A stretch of 64,000 bases of DNA from positions 76,898 through 140,897 of the forward strand of contig CAMCEE010000003.1 in the NCBI GenBank assembly GCA_945873815.1. Reading direction: 5' to 3'. Each line of letters begins with the position of its first letter. Position 1 is the stretch's first letter. Position numbers and translations under genes: made by a program. Origin of the DNA: an uncultured Bacillales bacterium (GTDB taxonomy: Bacteria; Bacillota_I; Bacilli_A; RFN20; CAG-449). The notes below the pieces were generated by a model, which searched no databases, had not been told where the DNA came from, and saw nothing but the letters and a program-made list of their open reading frames with translations. This document shows positions 1-9,720 of this stretch, one piece after another.

Positions 1-309
1 ATGTTAATAGGAGAAGATCACATCTCTAATTTCTTAATATCAAACGTCTATATCACCCCACTTTTATCAGTTCTAGTAGGTCTTATTCCAAATTGTGCTT
101 CATCGATAATCATCACCGAATTATTCGTTCAAGGTTCGATTACATTTGGCGCAGCTATTGGCGGATTAATATGTAATGCAGGACTTGGATTCATCTTCAT
201 TCTCAAAGAAAAAAATAGGTGGAAAGAAGGTTTAATAATTCTTGGAAGCGTCGTATTAACAGGTATAATCGTAGGATATATTTCTTTATTCATCGGTTTT
301 CTTTTTTAG
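1..309 (+). CDS. C-terminal fragment of a polytopic membrane protein; the start lies upstream of the window
   Basis: The ORF runs from the window edge and is uniformly hydrophobic with several predicted TM helices. No diagnostic motif was recognised. Confidence 0.35.
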   Translation: MLIGEDHISNFLISNVYITPLLSVLVGLIPNCASSIIITELFVQGSITFGAAIGGLICNAGLGFIFILKEKNRWKEGLIILGSVVLTGIIVGYISLFIGFLF

Positions 310-310
310 A

Positions 311-1255
311 TCAATTAGAGTTTTTAATCTCAATATTAACTTTTCCATTATCATTTAAATAATAATAGATTATGTATATAGAACCTTGCTTATACTTAAC
401 TCGTTTACCGACAACTTTGTCTGAGTATATATAATGGTCTAATATATAATTATCACCTTTATATAAACAAACAATATATAGATATGAGGAATAATATTCT
501 TCATATTTTTGTTTATGAAAGGAAAAATCATCCCCATAATTTAACGTGCATATCACAATTCTTTGATACTCCTTTTCTTTTGCGGTAATAAGTGTTCTTT
601 TTGCTTTCTTTGTATACCCTGTTTTACCGATAATAACATCGTCTTTTTCAAATAGGAGTTTATTCTTATTTTTCCATTTTCCTTTTAAAGAGCAAGAATA
701 ATACTTTGTACTTGCAATACCATAAAATAATTTATTATCCATACAATATGACATAAGAAGACACATATCATAAGACGTTGAGATATTTCCATCATCAAAA
801 ATATCTAGTCCAGTAGGGTTATTAAATACAGTGTTTAACATGCCTATTTCCTTAGCCTTTTCATTCATCAAATGAGTAAAAGATTCAATAGAAGAACACA
901 TGTGCTCTGCTAGTAAAACTGCAGCATCATTTCCCGAGCGAAGAATCAAACCATACAATAAATCTAAAACGCTTATTTTATCTCCAACTTCTACATATAT
1001 TGCCGATCCTTCAATTGTCTTAATAATACTACCTACAGTGATCACATCGAATAAATTATCGTTCTCGATAACTAAAATCGCAGTCATTATTTTTGATATT
1101 GAGGCCACGCTTCTCTTCTTATGAATATTTACTCCTTCAAGTACTTCTAAAGAATTACCATCCATGATGCAATAAGATGAATAATGATTAAAGATAGGTT
1201 CTTTAAATGAAAATATGTTTATGGAGAATAAGAGGAAAATAAGAATTCTTTTCAT
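311..1255 (-). CDS. D-alanyl-D-alanine carboxypeptidase (serine-type, peptidase S11 / PBP5 family)
   Basis: It has an N-terminal signal peptide, the SxxK motif (SISKIMTA), the SxN motif (RSGNDAA) and a KTG motif (KTGYT). Confidence 0.8.
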   Translation of the reverse strand: MKRILIFLLFSINIFSFKEPIFNHYSSYCIMDGNSLEVLEGVNIHKKRSVASISKIMTAILVIENDNLFDVITVGSIIKTIEGSAIYVEVGDKISVLDLLYGLILRSGNDAAVLLAEHMCSSIESFTHLMNEKAKEIGMLNTVFNNPTGLDIFDDGNISTSYDMCLLMSYCMDNKLFYGIASTKYYSCSLKGKWKNKNKLLFEKDDVIIGKTGYTKKAKRTLITAKEKEYQRIVICTLNYGDDFSFHKQKYEEYYSSYLYIVCLYKGDNYILDHYIYSDKVVGKRVKYKQGSIYIIYYYLNDNGKVNIEIKNSN

Positions 1256-1418
1256 ATTAATAATAAATGAAATAAGAATAAATTTAATGATAAAAAGATG
1301 CTTTTTGAGAGAATACTATATCTTTATATTAACGTGATAGATAACAAAAATTTACTATCAACACAAATATAAATTTATAGATTATAATGAAGATGTAAAT
1401 CAAAGGAGAAATAATAAT

Positions 1419-2672
1419 ATGACTAAGGGATTTAAACTTCACGATGATTTAAAACTTGGTGTTGCAACCGCGGCAACTCAAATTGAAGGTGATGAGCAAA
1501 ACACTAACTGGTACGAATTTTCTTTAGGAAAAGGAAATGTAAAAGATGGAAGTACTCCATTTCGTGCGAACAAACATTATCAACTATATAAAGAAGATAT
1601 AGCTCTTATGAAGAAAATGAACATTGAGATCTATCGAATGGGCATTGAATGGGCAAGAATCGAACCAGAGGAAGGAAAATTCTCTAAAGAAGCCATCACA
1701 CATTATATCGATGAAATCAAATTATTAAAGAAAAATAATATCGAAGTATTAGTAACACTTCATCATTTTTCTAACCCATTATGGTTTGAAAAAAAAGGAG
1801 CATTCCTAAGTAAGGACGCAATACCAACATTCTTAAGATTTGTCGAATACGTCATCACATCATTCAAAGGATTAGTTAATGAATATTGTACAATCAATGA
1901 AGCAAATGTATACGCTACTAGTTCATATCTTTTTGGCGTATGGCCACCGATGAAAAAGGATTTTAAAGCAATGCTTAAAGTTATGAAGACGCTTGCTCTA
2001 TGCCATATTGAAGCATATAAGTTAATTAAATCAATCGACCCTACTTGTAAAGTAGGATTTGCAAATCATATGGCAAAATTTGCACCAAAACGCGAAAAGA
2101 ATATTATCGATAAAATCGCAAGTAAATTATATGATACCGGATTTCAAAATAGTCTAACTCGTGCAATGGCAACTGGAGTATTTAAATTCCCATTCGGTTC
2201 ATCAAAAAAATATAAAGGAAATTATATTGATTTCTTTGGTATGAATTATTATTCGAGAAAAAGAATTAAAGGAGTATCGCTATTAGAAGACGATACAGTT
2301 TCACATAATGATTTAGGTTGGGGTATCAGTCCAGAATCATTAAACGAATTATGTGAAAGATTCCATAACGAATATAAAGTTGATATCTACATCACAGAGA
2401 ATGGGACATGCGATGCAAAAGACGAATTCAGATGCAAGTTTATTTTCGATCACCTAAAAGCAATATCTACCCTTCAATACGTTAAAAGATATTATCACTG
2501 GACATTTATTGACAACTGGGAATGGGCGGAAGGAGAAAGCGCTCGTTTTGGATTAGTAGCATTAGATTTTGAAACTCAAGAACGAAAGATAAGAAAATCT
2601 GGTTATTTCTATTCAAAAATTATCAAAGAAAAAGAGATAACAGATGAAATGATTGAAGAATATTCATTATAA
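1419..2672 (+). CDS. Glycoside hydrolase family 1 (beta-glucosidase / 6-phospho-beta-glucosidase)
   Basis: The N-terminal ATQIEG motif, the NEP-type acid/base region (TINEANV) and the ITENG nucleophile motif are present. An AAAGGAGA ribosome-binding site (RBS) lies 9 nt upstream. Confidence 0.8.
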   Translation: MTKGFKLHDDLKLGVATAATQIEGDEQNTNWYEFSLGKGNVKDGSTPFRANKHYQLYKEDIALMKKMNIEIYRMGIEWARIEPEEGKFSKEAITHYIDEIKLLKKNNIEVLVTLHHFSNPLWFEKKGAFLSKDAIPTFLRFVEYVITSFKGLVNEYCTINEANVYATSSYLFGVWPPMKKDFKAMLKVMKTLALCHIEAYKLIKSIDPTCKVGFANHMAKFAPKREKNIIDKIASKLYDTGFQNSLTRAMATGVFKFPFGSSKKYKGNYIDFFGMNYYSRKRIKGVSLLEDDTVSHNDLGWGISPESLNELCERFHNEYKVDIYITENGTCDAKDEFRCKFIFDHLKAISTLQYVKRYYHWTFIDNWEWAEGESARFGLVALDFETQERKIRKSGYFYSKIIKEKEITDEMIEEYSL

Positions 2673-2922
2673 AAAAATACAATCTTTGAAAACATAAAAA
2701 TTGATTTTCATCTTCTTTTATGGTGTTTTCTAGACATTAATTCATAAAAAAATTTCTCCTCATAATATAATTTCTCATTAGATATTATTTATGAGTCAAT
2801 TTTAAGCATCAAAAAAAGGATGTAGAAGTTTTATATTATGTTTCTTACTACTATCACCCTTTCATTTTTAATTCTTTTTTACCGGAATTTGAATTTCAGT
2901 TAGCCATTCATCCTCACTATCT

Positions 2923-3633
2923 TTATTCCATATACCATAAATATGCTTCTTCAAGATTGTCATATGGTGAATTCTTAATTAATTCAGATACACTTCCTCT
3001 TGCAACCTCCTTTCCTTCTTTAATTAAAAGGATAAAGTCACATAATTTTTCTGCTTCTTCCATATAATGCGTCGTAAGGAAGATTGTTAAACCTTTCTTC
3101 TTCAAATCGATAAGATTTTTCCATACCTTCCTTCTACTTGCAACATCAAGTCCAGTAGTTAATTCATCAAGAAAAATTACTTCTGGTTTTCCAATTAAAG
3201 TAAGCGCAACAGAAAGACGTTGCTTTTCTCCACCAGATAATTTATTAACTAAACTATTTTCTAATTTTGATAATCCGAATTGTTTCAATAAATCTTTATA
3301 ATCATACGCTTCTTTATATAAAGTTGCTCTTTCTTCACATGCTTCTTTAACTTTAATCGATCCTTGATACGATGAAGATTGAAGTTGAACTCCTATCCTT
3401 TCAAAACACTCCTTTCTATTCTTTCTTACATCCATTCCAAAAACTTTAGCTTCTCCATCGTCTGGTTTTTTGATACCTAAAATCATATCAATAGTAGTGC
3501 TTTTACCTGCACCATTATGACCAAGCAAGCCAAAAACAGTTCCTTTTGGAATCCTAAAAGATAAGTTATCTACTACTTTTCTTCCCTTAAAACTCTTGTA
3601 TAGATTAACAGCTTCTATACATATATTTTCCAT
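2923..3633 (-). CDS. ABC transporter ATP-binding protein (no cognate permease adjacent)
   Basis: It has a Walker A motif (GHNGAGKST), the ABC signature (LSGGEKQR) and a Walker B motif (IFLDELTTGLD). A GGAGG RBS precedes it. Confidence 0.85.
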   Translation of the reverse strand: MENICIEAVNLYKSFKGRKVVDNLSFRIPKGTVFGLLGHNGAGKSTTIDMILGIKKPDDGEAKVFGMDVRKNRKECFERIGVQLQSSSYQGSIKVKEACEERATLYKEAYDYKDLLKQFGLSKLENSLVNKLSGGEKQRLSVALTLIGKPEVIFLDELTTGLDVASRRKVWKNLIDLKKKGLTIFLTTHYMEEAEKLCDFILLIKEGKEVARGSVSELIKNSPYDNLEEAYLWYME

Positions 3634-3747
3634 AAATTTCCTCCTACGAGGGTTATTTTCTACCCTCCCCCTAGATGGAGAGTCAACAATTTAATGGAAA
3701 AAAATAAAAAAAATAAAAACGTAGATAACAATCCACGTTCATAATAA

Positions 3748-4563
3748 TTATTTTATCTTATCAAAGAAATTCTCTAATTCTTCACTATCGTTAAACTTAA
3801 ATGTGACATTCTTTTGGGTTTGAATAATAGAGCAATTGTATTTTCCTTCTAAGTCTCTAATCTTCTCACGAAACTCTCCAGGATATCGATACAATTTAAC
3901 TTCTTTTTCAATCTCACGAACCGAAATCTTTCCTTCGAGAAGTTTATTGAGCATTTCCACTTGCATTTGTGATTGTAAGCCTAATAAGACGCGAGCTTGT
4001 CCATAAGAAATCTTTTCTTTTTTTAAAGCGATTTTTACTTCTTCATCCAAGTTTTCTAATCTTAATATGTTAGTAACTTGAGAAACACTGCACTTTGCAA
4101 CAAGAGCAATATCACTTCTTTTTATCTTATAATCATTTATTAAAATACGATATGTATAAGTCTTATTCAAAATATTATCATGGAGTTTCTTATGTCCTCT
4201 AGATAAAATCATATATATTAATAGATCATCACTTATCTCTCTAACAGTAACAGGAATCTCCTTTAAATGAAGTTTTTTTGCAACATAGAACCTTTTATAT
4301 CCGCTTACTACTTCATATATTCCATTTCTTTCACGAACTAAAATTGGAGAAACAACACCATTTCTTTTAATCGATTCCGTTAAATCCTTAAGTCTCTTAT
4401 CTAGAAAAAATTGATGACGAGAAATCGGATTAAATTTAACCTTATCAAGAGGCACAAATTCTATTGAACTTTTTGTATATTCTCTTTCAATGGTCGAAAT
4501 GATATCAGTTTCTTGATATTTAGTAATGAGTGATGATAAGCTGCTTCGACTTTTTTTATTCAT
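3748..4563 (-). CDS. parB: ParB/Spo0J-like partition protein (divergent)
   Basis: The ParB N-terminal domain and a helix-turn-helix (SDIALVAKCSVSQVTNILRL) are present. The start overlaps the parA stop. The canonical GERRxRA arginine patch reads GYKRFYVA. Confidence 0.7.
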   Translation of the reverse strand: MNKKSRSSLSSLITKYQETDIISTIEREYTKSSIEFVPLDKVKFNPISRHQFFLDKRLKDLTESIKRNGVVSPILVRERNGIYEVVSGYKRFYVAKKLHLKEIPVTVREISDDLLIYMILSRGHKKLHDNILNKTYTYRILINDYKIKRSDIALVAKCSVSQVTNILRLENLDEEVKIALKKEKISYGQARVLLGLQSQMQVEMLNKLLEGKISVREIEKEVKLYRYPGEFREKIRDLEGKYNCSIIQTQKNVTFKFNDSEELENFFDKIK

Positions 4564-5323
4564 TTGCTAAAATTTCCTTTGCTAATGAGATGTATGCTTG
4601 GCTTCCTGATGCAGTTGGTCTAAATACGGTAATAGGTTTACCAACAGCTGCAGCTTCTGCGATTGAAGCATTACGAGGAATTTGAGTGACAAAAGTTTTT
4701 TCTTTAAACAATCCTCTAATTTCTTGAGTAACTTCTGTTGCAAGGCGAATACGAGAATCATACATCGTTAATAAAAATCCTAATATATCTAATTCAGGAT
4801 TATAATCTTGTTGAACTTTTGCAATAGATGAAAGGATTTGAGCTACCGCTTCCATTGCATAATATTCGCATTGAACAGGAATCAAAACAGAATTTGCGGA
4901 GCAAAGAGCATTTAAATTTAATAATCCCAATGATGGTGGGCAATCAATAATTATATAATCGTAAGGTTTTGTAATTTTCTCAATTGCATTACGTAGCAAA
5001 TAAAATGGGCGACTAATTCCTTGAATTTTACTTTCTATCGTCGCGAGTTTCAAATTACTTGGAATGATATCAACGTTATTTGTTGTAGTATGTTTAATAA
5101 TCTTATTAATATCAGATTTATTATCTTGAACTAATACATCAAATATCGTTTTTTTCAAAATCGAAGAATCTAATCCCATACCACGTCCACAATTACCTTG
5201 TGGGTCCATATCAATCAAGAGAATTTGCTTATTAAATTTTGCTAAGGATCCTGCTAAAGATATTGCAGTTGTAGTTTTTCCAACTCCACCTTTTTGATTT
5301 GCAATTGCGATAATTTTACTCAT
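4556..5323 (-). CDS. parA: ParA/Soj chromosome-partitioning ATPase
   Basis: It carries the deviant Walker A motif KGGVGKTT and has the typical ~255-aa length. Confidence 0.9.
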   Translation of the reverse strand: MSKIIAIANQKGGVGKTTTAISLAGSLAKFNKQILLIDMDPQGNCGRGMGLDSSILKKTIFDVLVQDNKSDINKIIKHTTTNNVDIIPSNLKLATIESKIQGISRPFYLLRNAIEKITKPYDYIIIDCPPSLGLLNLNALCSANSVLIPVQCEYYAMEAVAQILSSIAKVQQDYNPELDILGFLLTMYDSRIRLATEVTQEIRGLFKEKTFVTQIPRNASIAEAAAVGKPITVFRPTASGSQAYISLAKEILANE

Positions 5324-5345
5324 AACTTCCTACTCCATCTAATTT

Positions 5346-6050
5346 TTATAAAGGTCGCGATTTAATCTTCGAATAAATGCGAGGATATTTCGTGTTCACG
5401 CGCTTCATCTTGATGCAAAATACATTTGCTCTCTTACTTTCATCGCTAGGTAATACTCCCATCTTTATCTTTTCGATTTTATAATTTAGTATTTCCATAG
5501 CTCTTTTGCTTTCTTCTATTTCTTCTTCAGCAATTTTACCTTTTAAAGCGATAAACTTACCTCCAATTTTTATTACTTGACAAGCCAGTTCAAGTAAGAT
5601 ATTCAATTTTGAAACAGCTCTTGCAGTGACTATATCATATTCTTCGATATGAGAGGAAGAGAAATCTTCGCATCGAGCGCATATTACTTCAACATTTTCT
5701 AATTTCAATTCATCTTTAATTCTAGAAAGGAAGTTTGCTCTTTTTCCAATTGGCTCTAATAAAGTAATCTTCATTTTAGGATAAACAATCGCTAGAGGAA
5801 TACCCGGAAATCCTGCTCCAGAACCAACATCAAGCACATTTTTATTATCCAAATTCTCGCCAAAAGAAAATAATAATGAGTCGTAAAAGTGTTTCTCGTA
5901 CACCTCTTCCGATTCGGTAATAGAAGTTAAATTCATCACCTTATTAGTCTCTTGTATATTAAAAAGATAGAGATCAAATTGTTTCTTTTGCATCTCATTC
6001 AAAAAGATATTATTTTGTTCTAATAAGTTGTAGAATTCTTCTTTTTTCAT
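5346..6050 (-). CDS. rsmG: 16S rRNA (guanine527-N7)-methyltransferase RsmG/GidB
   Basis: It has the SAM-binding motif LDVGSGAGFPGIPLAI and the conserved position after mnmG. Confidence 0.9.
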   Translation of the reverse strand: MKKEEFYNLLEQNNIFLNEMQKKQFDLYLFNIQETNKVMNLTSITESEEVYEKHFYDSLLFSFGENLDNKNVLDVGSGAGFPGIPLAIVYPKMKITLLEPIGKRANFLSRIKDELKLENVEVICARCEDFSSSHIEEYDIVTARAVSKLNILLELACQVIKIGGKFIALKGKIAEEEIEESKRAMEILNYKIEKIKMGVLPSDESKRANVFCIKMKRVNTKYPRIYSKIKSRPL

Positions 6051-6051
6051 T

Positions 6052-7914
6052 CTAATTTCCTTTCTTAATATGAATTAGTAACATTGAAATATCCGCAGGA
6101 TTAACTCCAGAAACACGAGAAGCTTGTCCAATAGTTAACGGTCTAACAAGGGAAAGTTTTTGTCTAGCTTCGAGTCTTAATCCATCCATATTCGTATAAT
6201 CAATATCTTCTGGAATCTTCACTTCTTCAAGTTTTCTTAATCGATCAGCTTGAGCTTGTTCTTTTTGAATATAACCTTCATATTTAACCATTATCTCTAA
6301 TTGTTCTTCTTCTTCAAGCGTTAAATCATCTAGTTCAGGAACATATTGTTTAAAATCTTTCAAAGTAACATAAGGTCTTTTTAATATTTCACTTGCAGTA
6401 GGTCCTCCTTGATATGAAGTGTATCCTAACGAATGCATATATTCCACAAAATCAGGTTTCATCCCCATATGAATGGAATCCATAATATTTTTATTCTTTT
6501 CTAATTTATGAACCTTCTCTATGAATCTATTATATCTTTCTTCGCTGATTAAGCCAATATTATGCCCAATTTCTGTCAAGCGCAAATCAGCATTATCACT
6601 TCTCATAAGTAAACGATATTCTGCACGTGAAGATAATAACCTATAAGGTTCTTTAGTTCCTTTAGAAACTAGATCATCAATCATAACACCGATATATGCT
6701 TCATCTCTTTTTAAGATTAAAGGCTCTTTTCCTTGAATCTTTAAGCAAGCATTAATCCCTGCGATAAGTCCAAGTCCTGCAGCTTCTTCATAACCTGAAG
6801 TTCCACATATTTGTCCACCAATATAAAGTCCAGGCCATTTTTTAATTTGTAAAGTATAATCGTATTCACATGTATCAATTGCATCATATTCAATTGCATA
6901 TGCGTATTTTAAAATAACTGCATTTTCTAGTCCAGGAAGAGAATGAACCATCATATCTTGAACGTATTCTGGCATAGAAGTTGAAAAGCCTTGAACGTAG
7001 ATTGAATCCGTGTGTAATGATTCCGGTTCTAAGAATAATTGATGTCTTGGTTTATCTTTAAATCTCACAACCTTATCTTCAATTGAAGGACAATATCGAG
7101 GTCCAACCCCTGTTACTACTCCTCCATACATTGCGGATTCTTGTAAATGCTCGTGAATTATTCTATGCGTTTCGCTAGTTGTATATGTTAACCAGCACTT
7201 TATTTGTTTATCAAAAGGAACAATATTAGAATCCTCAAAACTGAATTTCAATTCGCGATCTGTTCCATACTGTGGTTCAACCTTACTATAATCGATCGAA
7301 TCCGCTTTAATACGTTGAGGAGTTCCCGTTTTCAATCTTATGATTTTAAGTCCCATTTTTTGAAGATTTGGTGATAATCCTAACGAAGGTTTTTCTCCAT
7401 CTGGGCCATCCTTAACTACCTTATGTCCTCTTAAAATAGTACTTTCCATATATGTTCCAGTTGTTAAAATAACTGCCTTAGAAGTGATTTCTTTTTCCTT
7501 AATTTTTACTCCATAAACTTTTGAATCATCGTGAAGTAAATCATCAACCATCCCTTCTAAAATTGTTAATCCTTCAGTATTTTCTGCGAAATTAAGCATA
7601 ACACGAGGATAATCTATTTTATCTTCTTGCGCTCTTAAGCATTGTACTCCTGGACCTTTACCAGTATTTAGCATCTTCATTTGTAAGCATGCCAAATCCG
7701 CTCCTTTTCCCATCATTCCACCAAGAGCGTCTATCTCTCTAACTACAATTCCTTTGGCAGATCCACCAATTGATGGGTTGCAAGGCATATTAGAGACTTT
7801 CTCTTTATTTAACGTGCATAGTAAAGTTTTCATGCCCATATGTGCAGAAGCAAATGCTGCTTCCATTCCAGCATGACCACCACCAACAACTATGACATCG
7901 TAATCAAAATTCAT
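6052..7914 (-). CDS. mnmG: tRNA uridine-5-carboxymethylaminomethyl modification enzyme MnmG/GidA
   Basis: It has an N-terminal FAD-binding fold (DVIVVGGGHAGMEAA), is 620 aa long, and shows GidA-family conservation throughout. Confidence 0.95.
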   Translation of the reverse strand: MNFDYDVIVVGGGHAGMEAAFASAHMGMKTLLCTLNKEKVSNMPCNPSIGGSAKGIVVREIDALGGMMGKGADLACLQMKMLNTGKGPGVQCLRAQEDKIDYPRVMLNFAENTEGLTILEGMVDDLLHDDSKVYGVKIKEKEITSKAVILTTGTYMESTILRGHKVVKDGPDGEKPSLGLSPNLQKMGLKIIRLKTGTPQRIKADSIDYSKVEPQYGTDRELKFSFEDSNIVPFDKQIKCWLTYTTSETHRIIHEHLQESAMYGGVVTGVGPRYCPSIEDKVVRFKDKPRHQLFLEPESLHTDSIYVQGFSTSMPEYVQDMMVHSLPGLENAVILKYAYAIEYDAIDTCEYDYTLQIKKWPGLYIGGQICGTSGYEEAAGLGLIAGINACLKIQGKEPLILKRDEAYIGVMIDDLVSKGTKEPYRLLSSRAEYRLLMRSDNADLRLTEIGHNIGLISEERYNRFIEKVHKLEKNKNIMDSIHMGMKPDFVEYMHSLGYTSYQGGPTASEILKRPYVTLKDFKQYVPELDDLTLEEEEQLEIMVKYEGYIQKEQAQADRLRKLEEVKIPEDIDYTNMDGLRLEARQKLSLVRPLTIGQASRVSGVNPADISMLLIHIKKGN

Positions 7915-7915
7915 A

Positions 7916-9313
7916 CTATCCTATACTTCCTTCCATATCCATCTTTATGAGTTGATTCAATTCAACCGCATATTCCATTGGTAATTCTTTTGAAAATGGT
8001 TCAATAAATCCCATAATAATCATTTGAGTAGCTTCTTTTTCCGATAAACCTCTACTCATAAGATAAAACAATTGTTCTTCATTGATTTTAGATACTGTAG
8101 CTTCATGTTCCAAAAATGAACTATTGTTATAACAAATATTAGTTGGAATAGTATCGCTTCTTGAAATATCATCAAGAATTAAAGTATCGCATTCAACGTG
8201 ACTCTTAGAATGCTCTGCTTCTTTTGACATGAATACCTTTCCACGGTAATTAGCAACTCCACCTCTTTTTACAATCGATTTTGAAATGATTGTAGATGTA
8301 GTGTTAGGTGCAAGATGAATCATTTTCGCACCTGCATCTTGATATTGTTCCTTATCTGCAACTGCAATAGAAATACAATTACCTTTTGCTCTTGGTCCAT
8401 TTAAGACACAACATGGGTATTTCATATTTAGTAAAGATCCAATATTCCCATCAATCCATTCCATTAATCCATCTTCTTCAACTAATGCTCTTTTAGTAAC
8501 AAGATTAACAATATTAGTCGACCAGTTTTGAATTGTAGAATAACGGCATTTGCCACCTTTTTCAACATAGATTTCTACTACTGCTGCATGCAATGATTCT
8601 TTCGAATAAATCGGCGCAGTACATCCCTCAACATAATGAACACTTGCTCCTTCATCAACGATGATTAATGTTCTTTCAAATTGACCAGATTTTTCATTAT
8701 TAATACGAAAATATGATTGTAATGGTTTTTCTAAATGAACCCCTTTAGGCACATAGATAAATGAACCTCCAGACCATACCGCTCCATTTAATGCAGCGTA
8801 TCGATTATCATTATATTTAACAACCTTATTGAAATACTTTTTAAATATTTCTGGACAAGTTTTAAGTGCCATATCGGTTGAAAGAAAGATTACTCCCTTT
8901 TCTTCAACTTCCTTAAGCATATTATGATAAACTACTTCTGATTCATATTGGGTGGAAACACCTGCTAAATATTTTTGTTCTGCTTCTGGAATACCTAAGC
9001 GGGAAAAAGTATTTTTCACAGTTTCAGGGACGTCATCCCAAGAATTTTCTTCCTTATTTGAAGTTCTAGTGAAATATGTAAAAGAATCAAAATCAATATC
9101 TTCTAAACTAGGACCATATGATGGATTGCTCATTTTTTTAAAAGCATCATATGATTTTAAGCGAAATTCTAACATCCAATCAGGTTCATTTTTAAGACGA
9201 GAGATTTCCCTAATCGTTTCTTCTGAAAGACCGGTTCTAGTTTTAACAATAGAAACATCTTCATCTTTAAAGCCATATTTATATTCGTGCTCATTATTTT
9301 CCATTAGTATCAT
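7916..9313 (-). CDS. sufB: Fe-S cluster assembly protein SufB
   Basis: It shows SufB-family conservation, including the C-terminal LMSRGL and ATQMII motifs. Confidence 0.95.
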   Translation of the reverse strand: MILMENNEHEYKYGFKDEDVSIVKTRTGLSEETIREISRLKNEPDWMLEFRLKSYDAFKKMSNPSYGPSLEDIDFDSFTYFTRTSNKEENSWDDVPETVKNTFSRLGIPEAEQKYLAGVSTQYESEVVYHNMLKEVEEKGVIFLSTDMALKTCPEIFKKYFNKVVKYNDNRYAALNGAVWSGGSFIYVPKGVHLEKPLQSYFRINNEKSGQFERTLIIVDEGASVHYVEGCTAPIYSKESLHAAVVEIYVEKGGKCRYSTIQNWSTNIVNLVTKRALVEEDGLMEWIDGNIGSLLNMKYPCCVLNGPRAKGNCISIAVADKEQYQDAGAKMIHLAPNTTSTIISKSIVKRGGVANYRGKVFMSKEAEHSKSHVECDTLILDDISRSDTIPTNICYNNSSFLEHEATVSKINEEQLFYLMSRGLSEKEATQMIIMGFIEPFSKELPMEYAVELNQLIKMDMEGSIG

Positions 9314-9713
9314 CTCCGTTCAAAATTCTACCAACACCTCTCCATCCGATAGTTGCGCAACTAATTCGTGAAGGTTGCCTTGAGGTATTCATAAACACAA
9401 TTGCTTCATCGAGTAAATCCGGATTATAAGGTTTTCCATAAAGCATATTTTGATATGCTTCCATAATCGCATTTGCCTCATCAATTGTTTTACCTTTTAA
9501 TATCTCCGTCATAATTGATGTTGAAGCAGTGGAAATAGCACATCCACTTCCATGCCAACAAACATCAACTAAAACGCCATTTTCTTCTTTTAGTTGAATG
9601 TAAATCTTATCAACACAACTTACTGCATCCATATAAACTTTCTTATATGAATCATCAGCCTCTCTTTTATTTCTTGGATTTTGATAATGATCCATGATGA
9701 CTTCTCTCATCAT
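9294..9713 (-). CDS. sufU: SUF-system Fe-S scaffold SufU (IscU/NifU-like)
   Basis: The conserved Cys ligands are present ([13 protein letters not shown]). The likely start is MMREV at 9713, because the track ORF extends upstream to 9737 across the sufS stop. Confidence 0.85.
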   Translation of the reverse strand: MMREVIMDHYQNPRNKREADDSYKKVYMDAVSCVDKIYIQLKEENGVLVDVCWHGSGCAISTASTSIMTEILKGKTIDEANAIMEAYQNMLYGKPYNPDLLDEAIVFMNTSRQPSRISCATIGWRGVGRILNGDDTNGK

Positions 9714-9720
9714 CTCGTTA

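Noticed and set aside
900-1124. Numerous 60-150-aa ORFs antisense or embedded within confidently assigned genes. Examples are 900-1124, 8952-9371, 11042-11464, 12305-12670, 13927-14319, 20767-21132, 28144-28708, 34419-35813, 37795-38073, 41154-41396, 44888-45094, 46262-46489, 49023-49852, 50152-50529, 52801-53049, 53581-53787, 59794-60060, 60972-61163 and 62259-62519.
   Set aside because: They overlap strongly supported genes on the opposite strand or in another frame. They lack an RBS and have compositions typical of AT-rich antisense frames.
2673-2922. A possible small hydrophobic ORF (MFLTTITLSFLILFYRNLNFS) that could have been a mini-permease partner for the orphan ABC ATPase
   Set aside because: It lies on the opposite strand to the ATPase. 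Its only SD-like sequence is ~20 nt from the ATG. It shows no family resemblance.
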